From assembly GCA_934149305.1 (NCBI GenBank), contig CAKPEF010000002.1, positions 75,689-139,688 of the forward strand: a DNA stretch of 64,000 nt. Direction: 5' to 3'. The translations under genes and the position numbers were made by a program. This DNA comes from an uncultured Clostridia bacterium (GTDB lineage: Bacteria; Bacillota; Clostridia; TANB77; UBA1234). This document shows, piece by piece, positions 20,714 to 31,800 of this stretch. The notes below the pieces were generated by a model that searched no databases, was not told where the DNA came from, and worked only from the letters and a program-made list of their open reading frames with translations. Position 1 is the first letter of the stretch. Each line of letters opens with the position of its first letter.

Positions 20714-21805
20714 ATGAATTATACATTATATTTAACAGAAAAATGCAACTTGAATTGCAAGTACTGCTTTGAGGGGACAAAAGGTGAAAATGAACTTACT
20801 TTTGAAGATGTAAAAACAATAATGGATAGAGAGGTAGAGCTCGGCAGCAAAAATTGCATCTTAACTTTATTTGGAGGAGAGCCTCTTTTAAAAAAAGATT
20901 TGATTTTTGATATTGTAAATTATGCTAAAAAACTAGAAAAAGAAAATAAGATTAGATTTAAATATAGTATTACAACAAATGGAACTCTTATAGATGAAGC
21001 TTTTTTAAAACTTGCAAAGGAAAATGATTTTTTAATAGGTTATAGTTTAGATGGTGAAAAAGAAACGCAAAATAAAAACAGAATAAATTATAACGGCGAC
21101 GGAACATATGATGTGGTATTTGAAAATGCAAAAAAATTATTAAAGAATGTTAAAACGGTTGTAGCGATGCCTGTTATAACTAAAAATAATTATACAGATA
21201 TGACAAAGAATGTTGAACATCTTTTTGATATAGGTTTTAAAGCTGTAAATTGTGCGTTCGATTATATCGCAGACTGGCAAGATGATGATTTGCCAATATT
21301 AAAAAATGAATATACTAAACTTGCAGATATCTATTATCAGAGACTAAAAAAAGGAGAAAAATTATATCTTCAACCATTTGATAATAAAATATCAGACTAT
21401 ATAAAAGAGCAAGATTGCAATGAAAAATGCATGTTAGGCTTAAAACATGTGGATGTATCGAGCTATAAAAAAATATATCCATGTACTCAATTTGTTGGAA
21501 GAGAAGAATATGAAATTGGAAACATAGAAACAGGAATAGACAAATCAAAAAGAGAAAATTTGATAAAAAAATTACAAACAGATGGAAACGATATTTGCAA
21601 AGAATGTGAAATAAAAAAGCGTTGCAAGCACACATGCGGATGCTTAAATATATTAACCACTGGAGACCCGAAAGAAGTATCACCACTAATATGTGAGACA
21701 GAAAGAATGATAATAGAAATATCAGACAAACTTGCAGAAAGGCTGTATAAAGAAAAGGTGCAAACCTTTTATGAAAAAGAATATTTAGGATATGAAATAA
21801 TTTAG
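20714..21805 (+). CDS. radical SAM enzyme with a C-terminal SPASM/twitch Cys cluster (anSME / peptide-maturase family)
   Basis: CNLNCKYC radical SAM motif at the N-terminus; C-terminal CKECEIKKRCKHTCGC cluster. Start is 4 nt after the B3 stop. Confidence 0.7.
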   Translation: MNYTLYLTEKCNLNCKYCFEGTKGENELTFEDVKTIMDREVELGSKNCILTLFGGEPLLKKDLIFDIVNYAKKLEKENKIRFKYSITTNGTLIDEAFLKLAKENDFLIGYSLDGEKETQNKNRINYNGDGTYDVVFENAKKLLKNVKTVVAMPVITKNNYTDMTKNVEHLFDIGFKAVNCAFDYIADWQDDDLPILKNEYTKLADIYYQRLKKGEKLYLQPFDNKISDYIKEQDCNEKCMLGLKHVDVSSYKKIYPCTQFVGREEYEIGNIETGIDKSKRENLIKKLQTDGNDICKECEIKKRCKHTCGCLNILTTGDPKEVSPLICETERMIIEISDKLAERLYKEKVQTFYEKEYLGYEII

Positions 21806-21965
21806 TAACCAGATATAAAATTCTTCATAAAATATTTATATAAATATTTTATGGAGAATTTTTATAGTTTGTCAGCAGATTGTGCAAGAATACATACCCC
21901 CTATTGATTTATAGGCGTTTTTGTAGTATACTTTTAGCATATTATGGCAGAGAAGGGGTAATTAT

Positions 21966-24359
21966 ATGGAATATAATCACATAGAAATAGAGAAAAAATG
22001 GCAAAAATATTGGGAAGATAATAAAACATTTAAAACAGATGCTTGGGATTTTTCTAAACCCAAGTATTATGCATTAGACATGTTTCCTTATCCATCAGGT
22101 GTAGGTCTTCATGCTGGTCACCCAGAGGGATATACTGCAACTGATATTGTTTCTCGTATGAAGAGAATGCAGGGCTTCAATGTTTTACACCCAATGGGAT
22201 TTGATTCATTTGGACTTCCGGCAGAACAATACGCAATTGATACAGGTAACAATCCTAATACATTCACATTAGAAAATATTGAAACTTTCAGAACTCAGCT
22301 TAAGAAACTTGGCTTTAGTTATGATTGGGATAGAGAAATAATGACTAGTGATCCAAGCTATTATAAATGGACACAATGGATTTTCAAAAGACTTGTAGAA
22401 GATGGTCTTGCTAGATGTGTGGAAATGCCTGTTAACTGGTGTGAAGAGCTTGGCACAGTTCTTGCCAATGATGAGGTAATCGATGGCAAGAGTGAAAGAG
22501 GCGGTTTTCCAGTTGTTCGTAAAAATATGAAACAATGGATAATAGATATTCCTAAATATGCAGAGAGATTGTTAGATGGTCTTGAAGAGATAGATTGGCC
22601 TCTTTCAACAAAAGAAATTCAAAGAAATTGGATTGGTAAGAGCGTAGGAGCACATGTTAAATTTAAAGTTGATGGAACCGCAAAAGATTTCACAGTATTC
22701 ACAACTAGATGTGATACACTTTTTGGTGCGACATATTGTGTGCTTTCACCAGAACATGAGCTAATAGATGAGATTACAACACTTGAGCAAAAAGATGCTG
22801 TAAAAAAATATAAAGAAGAATGTGCAAAGAAATCTGAAATCGAGAGAACAGAATTAAACAAAGAAAAAACAGGTGTATTCACAGGCAGTTATGCTATAAA
22901 TCCTGTTAACGGCGAAAAAATTCCAATATGGATAAGCGATTATGTTTTGGTTACATATGGAACTGGTGCAATAATGGCTGTTCCAGCACATGATGAAAGA
23001 GACTATGCATTTGCTAAGAAATTTGATTTAAAAATCATTCCTGTAATAGAGGGCGGAGACATTGAAAAAGAAGCATACACAGGCGATGGAGTTCATATAA
23101 ACTCAGGATTTTTAAACGGCTTAAATAAAGAAGAAAGTATAGAAAAAATGATTGCTTGGCTTGAAGAAAATAAGCTTGGAGCAAAGAAAATAAATTACAA
23201 AATTCGTGAATGGATTTTCGCAAGACAAAGATATTGGGGAGAGCCAATGCCTGTTGTACATATGGAGGATGGCGATATAGTTTGTTTAAGTGATGACGAG
23301 CTTCCACTTATTTTGCCAAACATATCAGATTACAAGAGCCACAATGGTGAACCACCACTTTGCAATGCAAAAGATTGGGTAGAAGTTTCTATAAATGGCA
23401 AAAAAGGCAAGAGAGACACAAATACAATGCCAGGAAGTGCAGGTTCTAGCTGGTATTTCTTAAGATACATAGACCCACATAACGATAAAGAATTGGCAGA
23501 TAAAAAACTTATGGAACATTGGATGCCAGTTGATTTATATATTGGTGGTCCAGAGCACGCAGTAGGTCATTTACTATATTCTAGAATGTGGAACAATTAT
23601 TTATTTGATAAAGGAATTGTTCCCGTTAAAGAGCCATTTAAAAAGCTTGTACACCAAGGAATGATACTTGGAGCAAATGGAATAAAAATGGGTAAAAGAT
23701 ATCCTAAATATTGCGTAAATCCACTTGATGTTATTAGAGATTATGGTGCTGACACGCTTAGAATTTATGAAATGTTTATGGGACCTCTTGCAGCTGATAA
23801 GCCTTGGAACGACAGAGGAGTTGAGGGCGCTCATAAATTCTTAGACAGAGTATTTAGAATATTTGCAGACGGAAAAGTAAAAGATGTAGAAAACAAAAAT
23901 CTTGAAAAAATTTATCATCAAACAGTTAAAAAAGTTACAGATGATTATGAAAAATTATCATTCAATACTGCAATTAGCCAAATGATGATATTTATAAATG
24001 CAGTATATAAAGAAGATGTTTTACCAAAAGAATATGCAGAAGGATTTGTAAAATTACTAAATCCAATTTGCCCATTTATAACAGAAGAATTATGGGAGAT
24101 GCTTGGTCATACTGGCACAATTACTTACGAGCCATGGCCAAAATATGATGAAGAAAAAACAATAGAAGATGAAATAGAAGTTCCAGTTCAAGTAAACGGA
24201 AAACTTAGAGGAACAGTTATTGTAGCAAAAGAGGCTACTAGTGAAGATGTTGAAAAGGTAGCATTTGAAAACGAAGAAATCTTAAAATTTATAGAAGGAA
24301 AAGAAGTCGTTAAAAAAATATATGTACCAGGAAGAATCTTCACAGTTGTAGTAAAATAA
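21966..24359 (+). CDS. leuS: leucine--tRNA ligase
   Basis: [17 protein letters not shown]-terminus, PYPSGxGLHAGH motif, ~800 aa. Confidence 0.9.
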   Translation: MEYNHIEIEKKWQKYWEDNKTFKTDAWDFSKPKYYALDMFPYPSGVGLHAGHPEGYTATDIVSRMKRMQGFNVLHPMGFDSFGLPAEQYAIDTGNNPNTFTLENIETFRTQLKKLGFSYDWDREIMTSDPSYYKWTQWIFKRLVEDGLARCVEMPVNWCEELGTVLANDEVIDGKSERGGFPVVRKNMKQWIIDIPKYAERLLDGLEEIDWPLSTKEIQRNWIGKSVGAHVKFKVDGTAKDFTVFTTRCDTLFGATYCVLSPEHELIDEITTLEQKDAVKKYKEECAKKSEIERTELNKEKTGVFTGSYAINPVNGEKIPIWISDYVLVTYGTGAIMAVPAHDERDYAFAKKFDLKIIPVIEGGDIEKEAYTGDGVHINSGFLNGLNKEESIEKMIAWLEENKLGAKKINYKIREWIFARQRYWGEPMPVVHMEDGDIVCLSDDELPLILPNISDYKSHNGEPPLCNAKDWVEVSINGKKGKRDTNTMPGSAGSSWYFLRYIDPHNDKELADKKLMEHWMPVDLYIGGPEHAVGHLLYSRMWNNYLFDKGIVPVKEPFKKLVHQGMILGANGIKMGKRYPKYCVNPLDVIRDYGADTLRIYEMFMGPLAADKPWNDRGVEGAHKFLDRVFRIFADGKVKDVENKNLEKIYHQTVKKVTDDYEKLSFNTAISQMMIFINAVYKEDVLPKEYAEGFVKLLNPICPFITEELWEMLGHTGTITYEPWPKYDEEKTIEDEIEVPVQVNGKLRGTVIVAKEATSEDVEKVAFENEEILKFIEGKEVVKKIYVPGRIFTVVVK

Positions 24360-24381
24360 TAAATAATGAGGTGAAGAATAT

Positions 24382-25488
24382 ATGAGCAGAAAGATTATAC
24401 TAACAGGAGATAGACCAACAGGGCACTTACATATAGGACATTATGTGGGTTCTTTAAAACAAAGAGTTTTACTTCAAGAAAAAGGCGATTATGAAAAAAT
24501 GTTTATAATGATAGCCGATACACAAGCTTTAACAGATAATGCGGGAAATCCGCAAAAAGTTAGAGATAATGTTCTAGAAGTTATGCTAGATTATTTATCT
24601 GTTGGACTTGATCCGCAAAAAGTTACATTTTTTGTTCAATCAGAAATAAGAGCATTGCCAGAACTAATGGCATATTATATGAATTTGGTTACACTTTCAA
24701 GGCTTCTTAGAAACCCTACAGTTAAATCAGAAATAAAATTTAGAGGCTTTGATAACGAAAATAAAGGTATACCAGTTGGATTTGCAAATTATCCAATTAG
24801 CCAAGCGGCTGATATAACTGCATTCAAAGCAACACTTATACCTGTTGGTGAAGACCAACTTCCAATGATTGAACAAGCAAGAGAAATTGTTAGAAGCTTT
24901 AATAACACATACCAAAAAGAAATTTTGGTTGAGCCAGATGCTTACATACCAGAAAACAAAATTTGTTCAAGATTGCCAGGAACAGATGGAAATGCAAAAA
25001 TGAGTAAATCGCTTAATAATTGCATTTATCTATGTGATGACAAAGAAACAGTAAAAGCTAAAATAAGAAATATGTATACAGATCCAAATCATATAAAGGT
25101 AACAGATCCGGGAAATGTAGAGGGAAATGTGGTATTCACATATTTAGATGCATTTTCTACAGATGAACATTTTGAAAAATATTTACCAGAGTACAAAAAC
25201 TTAGATGAATTAAAAGCCCACTACAGAAGAGGTGGACTTGGGGATGTTAAAATCAAAAACTTCTTAAACATGATAATGGAAGAAATATTAGAACCAATGA
25301 GAGAAAGAAGAAAGTACTACGAAGCAAGACTTCCAGAGGTTCTAAAAATGCTTAAAAACGGAACAGAAGAAGCAGAGAAAGTAGCGGATGAAACATTGGC
25401 AGAAGTAAAAGAAGCGATGGGCATAAATTATTTTAACGATGAAGAATTCTTAAAAGAACAAATTGAAAAGCATAATAAAAATAACTAA
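24382..25488 (+). CDS. trpS: tryptophan--tRNA ligase (class I, TGDRPTGxLHIGHY type)
   Basis: HIGH-like LHIGHY and KMSKS motifs; 368 aa. Confidence 0.7.
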   Translation: MSRKIILTGDRPTGHLHIGHYVGSLKQRVLLQEKGDYEKMFIMIADTQALTDNAGNPQKVRDNVLEVMLDYLSVGLDPQKVTFFVQSEIRALPELMAYYMNLVTLSRLLRNPTVKSEIKFRGFDNENKGIPVGFANYPISQAADITAFKATLIPVGEDQLPMIEQAREIVRSFNNTYQKEILVEPDAYIPENKICSRLPGTDGNAKMSKSLNNCIYLCDDKETVKAKIRNMYTDPNHIKVTDPGNVEGNVVFTYLDAFSTDEHFEKYLPEYKNLDELKAHYRRGGLGDVKIKNFLNMIMEEILEPMRERRKYYEARLPEVLKMLKNGTEEAEKVADETLAEVKEAMGINYFNDEEFLKEQIEKHNKNN

Positions 25489-25536
25489 AAAATGAAGCTT
25501 TAAGTAATGAAAATTTTGCATTAAAATATATTAAAA

Positions 25537-25558
25537 GGCGAGACTTTAAAGTCTCGCC
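25537..25558. terminator. bidirectional terminator shared by trpS and the convergent regulator gene
   Basis: Stem ggcgagac/gtctcgcc with loop tttaaa. Confidence 0.7.
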
Positions 25559-25564
25559 TAATAT

Positions 25565-26647
25565 TTAGCTTTTGAATTCTGCGTATTCATCATCAAATCT
25601 TTCAATGAATACAATATTCAAATCTTTTTCTATCTTTTCTTTATTATTCAATATTTCTGGCACAAACAAGTCAACTAAAGTAGGATCGAATTGTACACCT
25701 TTACATGCTTTTAATTCATCTAAAGCTTTGTATAGAGTAAATCTTGGGCGATAGCTTCTATCTGATGTCATAGCATCAAAAGAATCGGCTACACAGACAA
25801 TTCTTGCGCTTAGTGGTATATCTTCACCTTTAAGACCAGATGGGTAACCACGGCCATCATAGCGCTCGTGGTGATGCTTAACCATTGGTATTATATTGTC
25901 AAATATTTTGGCAGGCTTTAATATATGCTCACCAATCGATGGGTGATTTTTAATATCGTGATATTCATCATCAGTTAGTTTACCTGCTTTTTGAAGAATA
26001 GCATCAGGAATACCAATTTTACCAATATCGTGGAACAATCCACCATCTCTAATAAGCTCAACTTCTTCATCAGGAAGTCCTAAAGCCTTTGCAAGTAATA
26101 CTGAGTAGTAAGAAACTCTGTCTGAATGATTTTTAGTATAAGAATCCTTTGCATCAACAGCAAGTCTTAAAGACTCCATTGTGCCTTTATATGCAGACTT
26201 TAAATCGGCATAAGCAGTCTCAAGCTTTTGATTTATATCGTTTATTATTCTCATTTGTGTTACTGATTTTAGGCCTGATTCTATAAGAAGAAGTAATTGG
26301 TCGAATTTATCTGTTTTTTCGCAATACCCTTGAATATCTAATCTCTTAATTGTTTCTAATGGTGGTGCTAAGTCTTTGTGACCAGTAAGTAGCAATATGT
26401 ATAAGTTTTTGTTGAATTTTCTTATTTCTTCAACTACTTGATCTCCATGTATAGGCATCATTAAAAAGTCTAATAACATTAAGTCAAAATGCTCATTTCG
26501 AACCAATTCGATGGCCTTTAATGGGTCGGTAACACCTGTTATATTATAATGATTTAAAAAGATTTTTAGAGAGTCAATGATTCCTTGTTCATCATCAACA
26601 ACTAAAATTTTATAATTTTCTTTTTGCACAGAATCTTTTAATCGCAT
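25565..26647 (-). CDS. response regulator with REC + HD-GYP (c-di-GMP phosphodiesterase) domains, RpfG-like
   Basis: N-terminal REC (VVDDE...), HD (LFHDIGK) and GYP (HHERYDGRGYP). Confidence 0.8.
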   Translation of the reverse strand: MRLKDSVQKENYKILVVDDEQGIIDSLKIFLNHYNITGVTDPLKAIELVRNEHFDLMLLDFLMMPIHGDQVVEEIRKFNKNLYILLLTGHKDLAPPLETIKRLDIQGYCEKTDKFDQLLLLIESGLKSVTQMRIINDINQKLETAYADLKSAYKGTMESLRLAVDAKDSYTKNHSDRVSYYSVLLAKALGLPDEEVELIRDGGLFHDIGKIGIPDAILQKAGKLTDDEYHDIKNHPSIGEHILKPAKIFDNIIPMVKHHHERYDGRGYPSGLKGEDIPLSARIVCVADSFDAMTSDRSYRPRFTLYKALDELKACKGVQFDPTLVDLFVPEILNNKEKIEKDLNIVFIERFDDEYAEFKS

Positions 26648-26851
26648 ATGCGAGCCTCCTCTATTGTGAAATGTAATAAACTGTAAGCATTCACTTGTGG
26701 GGTTATAAAAAAATTATAACATTTCTATTTTTTTCGTCAATATGTAAATTATAGTGATAAATATCTATTTTAAAGTTGAAATATATACAATAAATGTTAT
26801 ATAATAACCAATATATAGGAACCTCAAAATTATCACTAGAGGAGGATATAA

Positions 26852-28837
26852 ATGAAAAAAGAACATTTTAAGCTAAAGGGAATACTTTTATATAACATAT
26901 TTTTTATAATATCATCTATCGTATTTTATTATTTAATTCCAATAATTTTAAATTATCCGCCAGATTCTATCAATAATGAATTTGAACGTGGAATTGATGA
27001 CGGCATGTTATTTAATGTTCAATTTACGATGATTATTATTTCAGTAATGATAATCTTTAATATGTTTTTTGTATATCAAGTTTCAAAAGTTAGCAAATAT
27101 AAAAAATATATAAATAAAGATGACGAATATAGCAAGAAGGCAATCGAAAAAATAAGAAAAAGATGTTTTACATCTCCATATAAGATATATGCGGTACATG
27201 CACTTGTTCCAAGTTTGGCAATTGGTTTTATTTTGTTTTTTACAGGTGCTGAAATGGTACTTACATTAAGAGTTGTTTTGCTTATTTTTGCATTTACCCT
27301 AGTTTTGGCATTACTATCATACATATCAGCTAAAGAAATTTTCACAACCGTGTTAAAAGAAATAAAGAATCAAACAAAATATGAGAAAAAGATAAATATC
27401 GGATATAAGTGGAAAATATTCTTTTTGATTTATCCACTTATGATGGCAACGATATTTTTATTTGCTTTTTCAACGAATTCTATGCTTGCCAGTGAAAGCG
27501 GAGATTTCATATACGAAAATTATAATTCACAAATGAATTTCATAAATTTCGATGAAGCCAAGACACTTGACGAATATAAACAAAAGTTGCATGAAATAGC
27601 TAAACATTCGACTTTAGATGAATTATTTATAATAACCGAAGATGAAGTGCTATATTCTGACAAGGAGAAAACGGGAATAGATAATTTCTTTAAAAGATAT
27701 ACATTTTACAATGCTAATGATGGAAGAACTTATGGATATTATGCGTCTAAAATTCAAGGCGTTTGTAAAATTTATGAGATTAATGGTCAGAAAATAGCGG
27801 TTGGAATAATGTATAATACAGAAACAATAGAGTATGTTAAAATAATTATATTTACAAGTATTGCGCTATTGCTTATGTGTGCGTTTTTTATGCAGTATTT
27901 TTCAAAAGATATTTGTGAACAGGTAATTATTGTTGCCAACAATATGCAAAAAATTGCAAATGAAAAAACAATAGATTACGACCAGAAGATGCCAGTTTTG
28001 TCTAATGATGAAGTGGGCGATTTGGTAGTATCTTTTAATAAAATATTAGATTTAGAGAAAAAACATGCATTGCAAGTACAAAAAAATCAAGAAATAATTG
28101 TCGAGCAAGAAAGACTTTCTTCACTCGGACAAATGATAGGAGGGATAGCACATAATTTAAAAACCCCAATAATGTCTATATCTGGTGCTTCACAAGCATT
28201 AAGTGAATTGATAAATGAGTATGATATGTCAATATCTAATCCAGTGGTTACGAGTGAGGACCATCATGATATTGCAAAAGATATGAACGAGTGGAATGAT
28301 AAGATTAAGGTTTATCTAGAATACATGGGTGAAATAATTGATGCTGTAAAAGGACAAGCAGTTACGATGAATGCTTCAAATATAACCGAATTCACCATTG
28401 GAGAACTTGTAGCACGTGTTAAAATTTTAATGAAAGAGCAATTGCTTCATAGAAATTGTACGTTGGATGTAAATATTAATCTAGATAAGAATGCAACAAT
28501 TTATGGCGAAATCAGTGCACTTGTACAAGTTATAAACAACTTAGTTATAAATGCAATAGATGCTTACGAAGGAAAAACGGGAAAGATCAATTTAGATGTT
28601 TCGTGTGATGAAGACAAATATTATATTACTGTAGAAGATTATGCAGGAGGAATTCCCAAATCAGTACAAGAAAAATTATTTAAAAAAATGATAACCACAA
28701 AAGGCAAAAATGGCACGGGCTTAGGCCTATATATGTGTTATTCAACAATCAAAGGAAAATTTAATGGAGATATGTTTTTTGAAACTAAAGAAGGCATAGG
28801 AACAAAGTTCACGATTGTTTTAAATAAGAATAAGTAA
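26852..28837 (+). CDS. membrane sensor histidine kinase
   Basis: H-box GGIAHNLKTP and HATPase G-boxes GTGLGL; polytopic N-terminus. Confidence 0.8.
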   Translation: MKKEHFKLKGILLYNIFFIISSIVFYYLIPIILNYPPDSINNEFERGIDDGMLFNVQFTMIIISVMIIFNMFFVYQVSKVSKYKKYINKDDEYSKKAIEKIRKRCFTSPYKIYAVHALVPSLAIGFILFFTGAEMVLTLRVVLLIFAFTLVLALLSYISAKEIFTTVLKEIKNQTKYEKKINIGYKWKIFFLIYPLMMATIFLFAFSTNSMLASESGDFIYENYNSQMNFINFDEAKTLDEYKQKLHEIAKHSTLDELFIITEDEVLYSDKEKTGIDNFFKRYTFYNANDGRTYGYYASKIQGVCKIYEINGQKIAVGIMYNTETIEYVKIIIFTSIALLLMCAFFMQYFSKDICEQVIIVANNMQKIANEKTIDYDQKMPVLSNDEVGDLVVSFNKILDLEKKHALQVQKNQEIIVEQERLSSLGQMIGGIAHNLKTPIMSISGASQALSELINEYDMSISNPVVTSEDHHDIAKDMNEWNDKIKVYLEYMGEIIDAVKGQAVTMNASNITEFTIGELVARVKILMKEQLLHRNCTLDVNINLDKNATIYGEISALVQVINNLVINAIDAYEGKTGKINLDVSCDEDKYYITVEDYAGGIPKSVQEKLFKKMITTKGKNGTGLGLYMCYSTIKGKFNGDMFFETKEGIGTKFTIVLNKNK

Positions 28838-28854
28838 TATAAGGGGGAAAAATT

Positions 28855-31800
28855 ATGTTTAGTTTAACAGAGCCACAAAAGAATGTAATTGAAACGGATC
28901 AATTTTTTAAAAACACTTCAATTTCAAATATTGGAGGTTATTCGAGATTTTTAGACAGAGTAGATTTGGAACTAATGAAAAAAGCCATAAATAAATTAAT
29001 CGAAAATGCAGATGGGCTAAGACTTAGGCTAAAAAATGATAATGGTGAAATAAGTCAGTATATAGAGCCTTACAGAGAAGAAAAAATTGAGATTATTAAA
29101 TTGGATGGAGAAAACCCTATGGTCCAAAGCGAGAAATGGATGAGAAAACCATTTGGCTTTACATCTAAATTGTATGACTTTAAATTGGTTGAATTAGATG
29201 GCGAAGAAGGAATTTTCATAAAACTACATCATGCAATATCTGATGCATGGTCTATGGCAATTGTTTATTCGAAGGTTCTTATGTATTACGAGGCTTTGTT
29301 AAACGGAGAAGAAATACAAAATGATATACCTTCATATACTTTATTTTTAGAGAGTGAAAAAGAATATTTTAACTCAAAAAACTATGAAAGAGATGAAGAA
29401 TATTGGAATGAAAAATATAATGAAAAACCAACTTTTGTTTCACTTGCAAGTAAAAAAGGAGTAATAAGCGTAGCAGCTTCAAGAAAATCATTTATTATAT
29501 CAAAAGAAGAAAAGAAAGTAATAGAAGACTTTTGCACAGAAAATGGGATTTCTATGGCAGTATTTTTTGAAGCAGTTGTTTCTTTGTATGCTTCGAGAAC
29601 TAATAATGCTGATGATATTACACTTTGTACGATAGGTGTAAATAGATCAGGAAAAACCGAAAAGAAAATAGTAGGTATGTTTAATAATATTTTACCAATG
29701 ACAGTTAAAATTGATTGGAATTCGGATTTTAAAAATTTATGTAATAGCATTACAAAGGCACATTTTGAAATCTTTAGACATCAAAAATATCCGTACCAAA
29801 AAATAATGCATGCTATTAGCGAAAAACACGGAAGTTCTAATATTTATGATATAATGGTATCTTTTCAAAATGCAAAATATGATGAAAATATAAAAACAAA
29901 ATACAAAACAGAATGGATTTTTAATGGTTGTGCAGAACTTAGCTTTATGATGAATATAGCTGATATGGAAGGTGCGGGCGTATTAGATGTAAATATAGAT
30001 TATAAAGATGAAGCATTCACGGAAAATGAAATAGAGAAAATATATGCAAGACTTATGCATATAGTACAGCAAGTAATAAGGAAAAAAGAAATATCATTTA
30101 AAGATATAGAGGTTGTTACTGATGATGAGAAATTAGAAATATTGAAAAAATTTAATGATACTAAAAAAGATTATCCAAAAGAAAAGAGAATATATGACTT
30201 TTTAGAAGAGAATGTTATGAAATTTCCTCAAAAAGATGCATTATATTTTGAGGAAAATAAGATGTCATATTGTGAGTTTAATCAAAAAGTAAATTCACTT
30301 GCAAACTATATCATAAGCAAAAATGTAAAGCATAATTCAATAATAGGAATTATGCAAGAACGTTCATTTGAAATGCTTATAAGTATTTATGCAGCATTAA
30401 AAGCTGGCTGTGCATATATGCCTATGGACCCACATTTTCCAAACGATAGAATAGAATTCATGTTAGAAGATAGTGAAGCACCTATTGTTCTTACTAATTC
30501 AAAATGGTTGGACAAGTTAACGATGGCAAAAGAATGCGTGGAAGTAGATAAGTTTGATTATGAAAAATATTCAAAAGAAAATCCTAAAATAGATGTATCT
30601 TCAAAAGATGTGGCATATGTAATTTATACATCAGGTTCTACTGGAAAACCAAAAGGTGCGCAAATACAACATCATAGTGCAATAAACAGAATAAAATGGA
30701 TGCATGAACATTATCCTCTTTTGAAAGATGATGTAATACTTCAAAAAACCCCATATACTTTTGATGTGTCAGTATGGGAACTATTTTGGTGGAGCATGTA
30801 TGGCGGTAGCTTGAAAATACTTATACCAGAAGGACACAAGGATCCATTAGAAATAATAAATGCAATAGAAGATAAAAATGTAACACATATGCATTTTGTA
30901 CCATCTATGTTAATGGCATTTTTACAGTATATAAAAATAAATAAGAATCAAATTTCAAGATTAAAAACATTAAAATATGTTTTTGCAAGTGGTGAGGCTC
31001 TTCAAAGTGAACACGTAAAAGATTTTTATAACTTGCTAGGTCAAAATGGAACAATACTTATAAATTTGTATGGACCAACTGAATGTACGGTTGATGTTTC
31101 GTGTTATGAATGTCCTAAAGAAAACATACCAAGTATAATTCCGATAGGCAAGCCTATTGATAACACACAACTTTTGATATTAGATAAAGCTAATAAATTG
31201 TTGCCAGTCGGTGTTGCAGGAGAACTTATAATAAGTGGTGTGTTAGTAGGAAAAGGATACATAAAAAGAGATGAACTAACAAACGAAAAATTTATAAAGA
31301 ATGAATATTATGACTCTGAAAAAATGTATAAAACAGGTGACTTAGCAAGATGGCTTCCTGATGGAAACATTGAATACTTAGGAAGAATAGATAATCAAAT
31401 TAAAATTAGAGGTTTAAGAGTTGAACTTGGTGACATAGAAAATACTATACTTAAATATGCTTCTATAGCTGAAACTGTTGTTACAGTGTTCGAAAACATG
31501 GGAGAAAAATACTTGTGTGCATACTTTACAGCAACCGAAGAAATAGCAATACCAAAACTAAAAGAAGAGCTATCAAAAGAATTACCGGACTATATGGTAC
31601 CAACATATTATGTGCAATTGGACAAAATGCCATTAAATCATAATGGAAAAATAGATAGAAAAGCTTTACCAAAGCCAGATACAAATATCGAAGAAAAATA
31701 TATTGCACCTCAAAACGAGTTAGAAAAGAAATTACAAGAATGTGCCGAAAGAGCTTTAAAGAGAAAAAATATAAGCGTTGAGAGTGATTTGCTTTTATCT

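Noticed and set aside
21806-21965. T-box leader upstream of leuS/trpS
   Set aside because: The leader is only ~160 nt, with no specifier or antiterminator features visible. Only a plausible sigma-A promoter is present.
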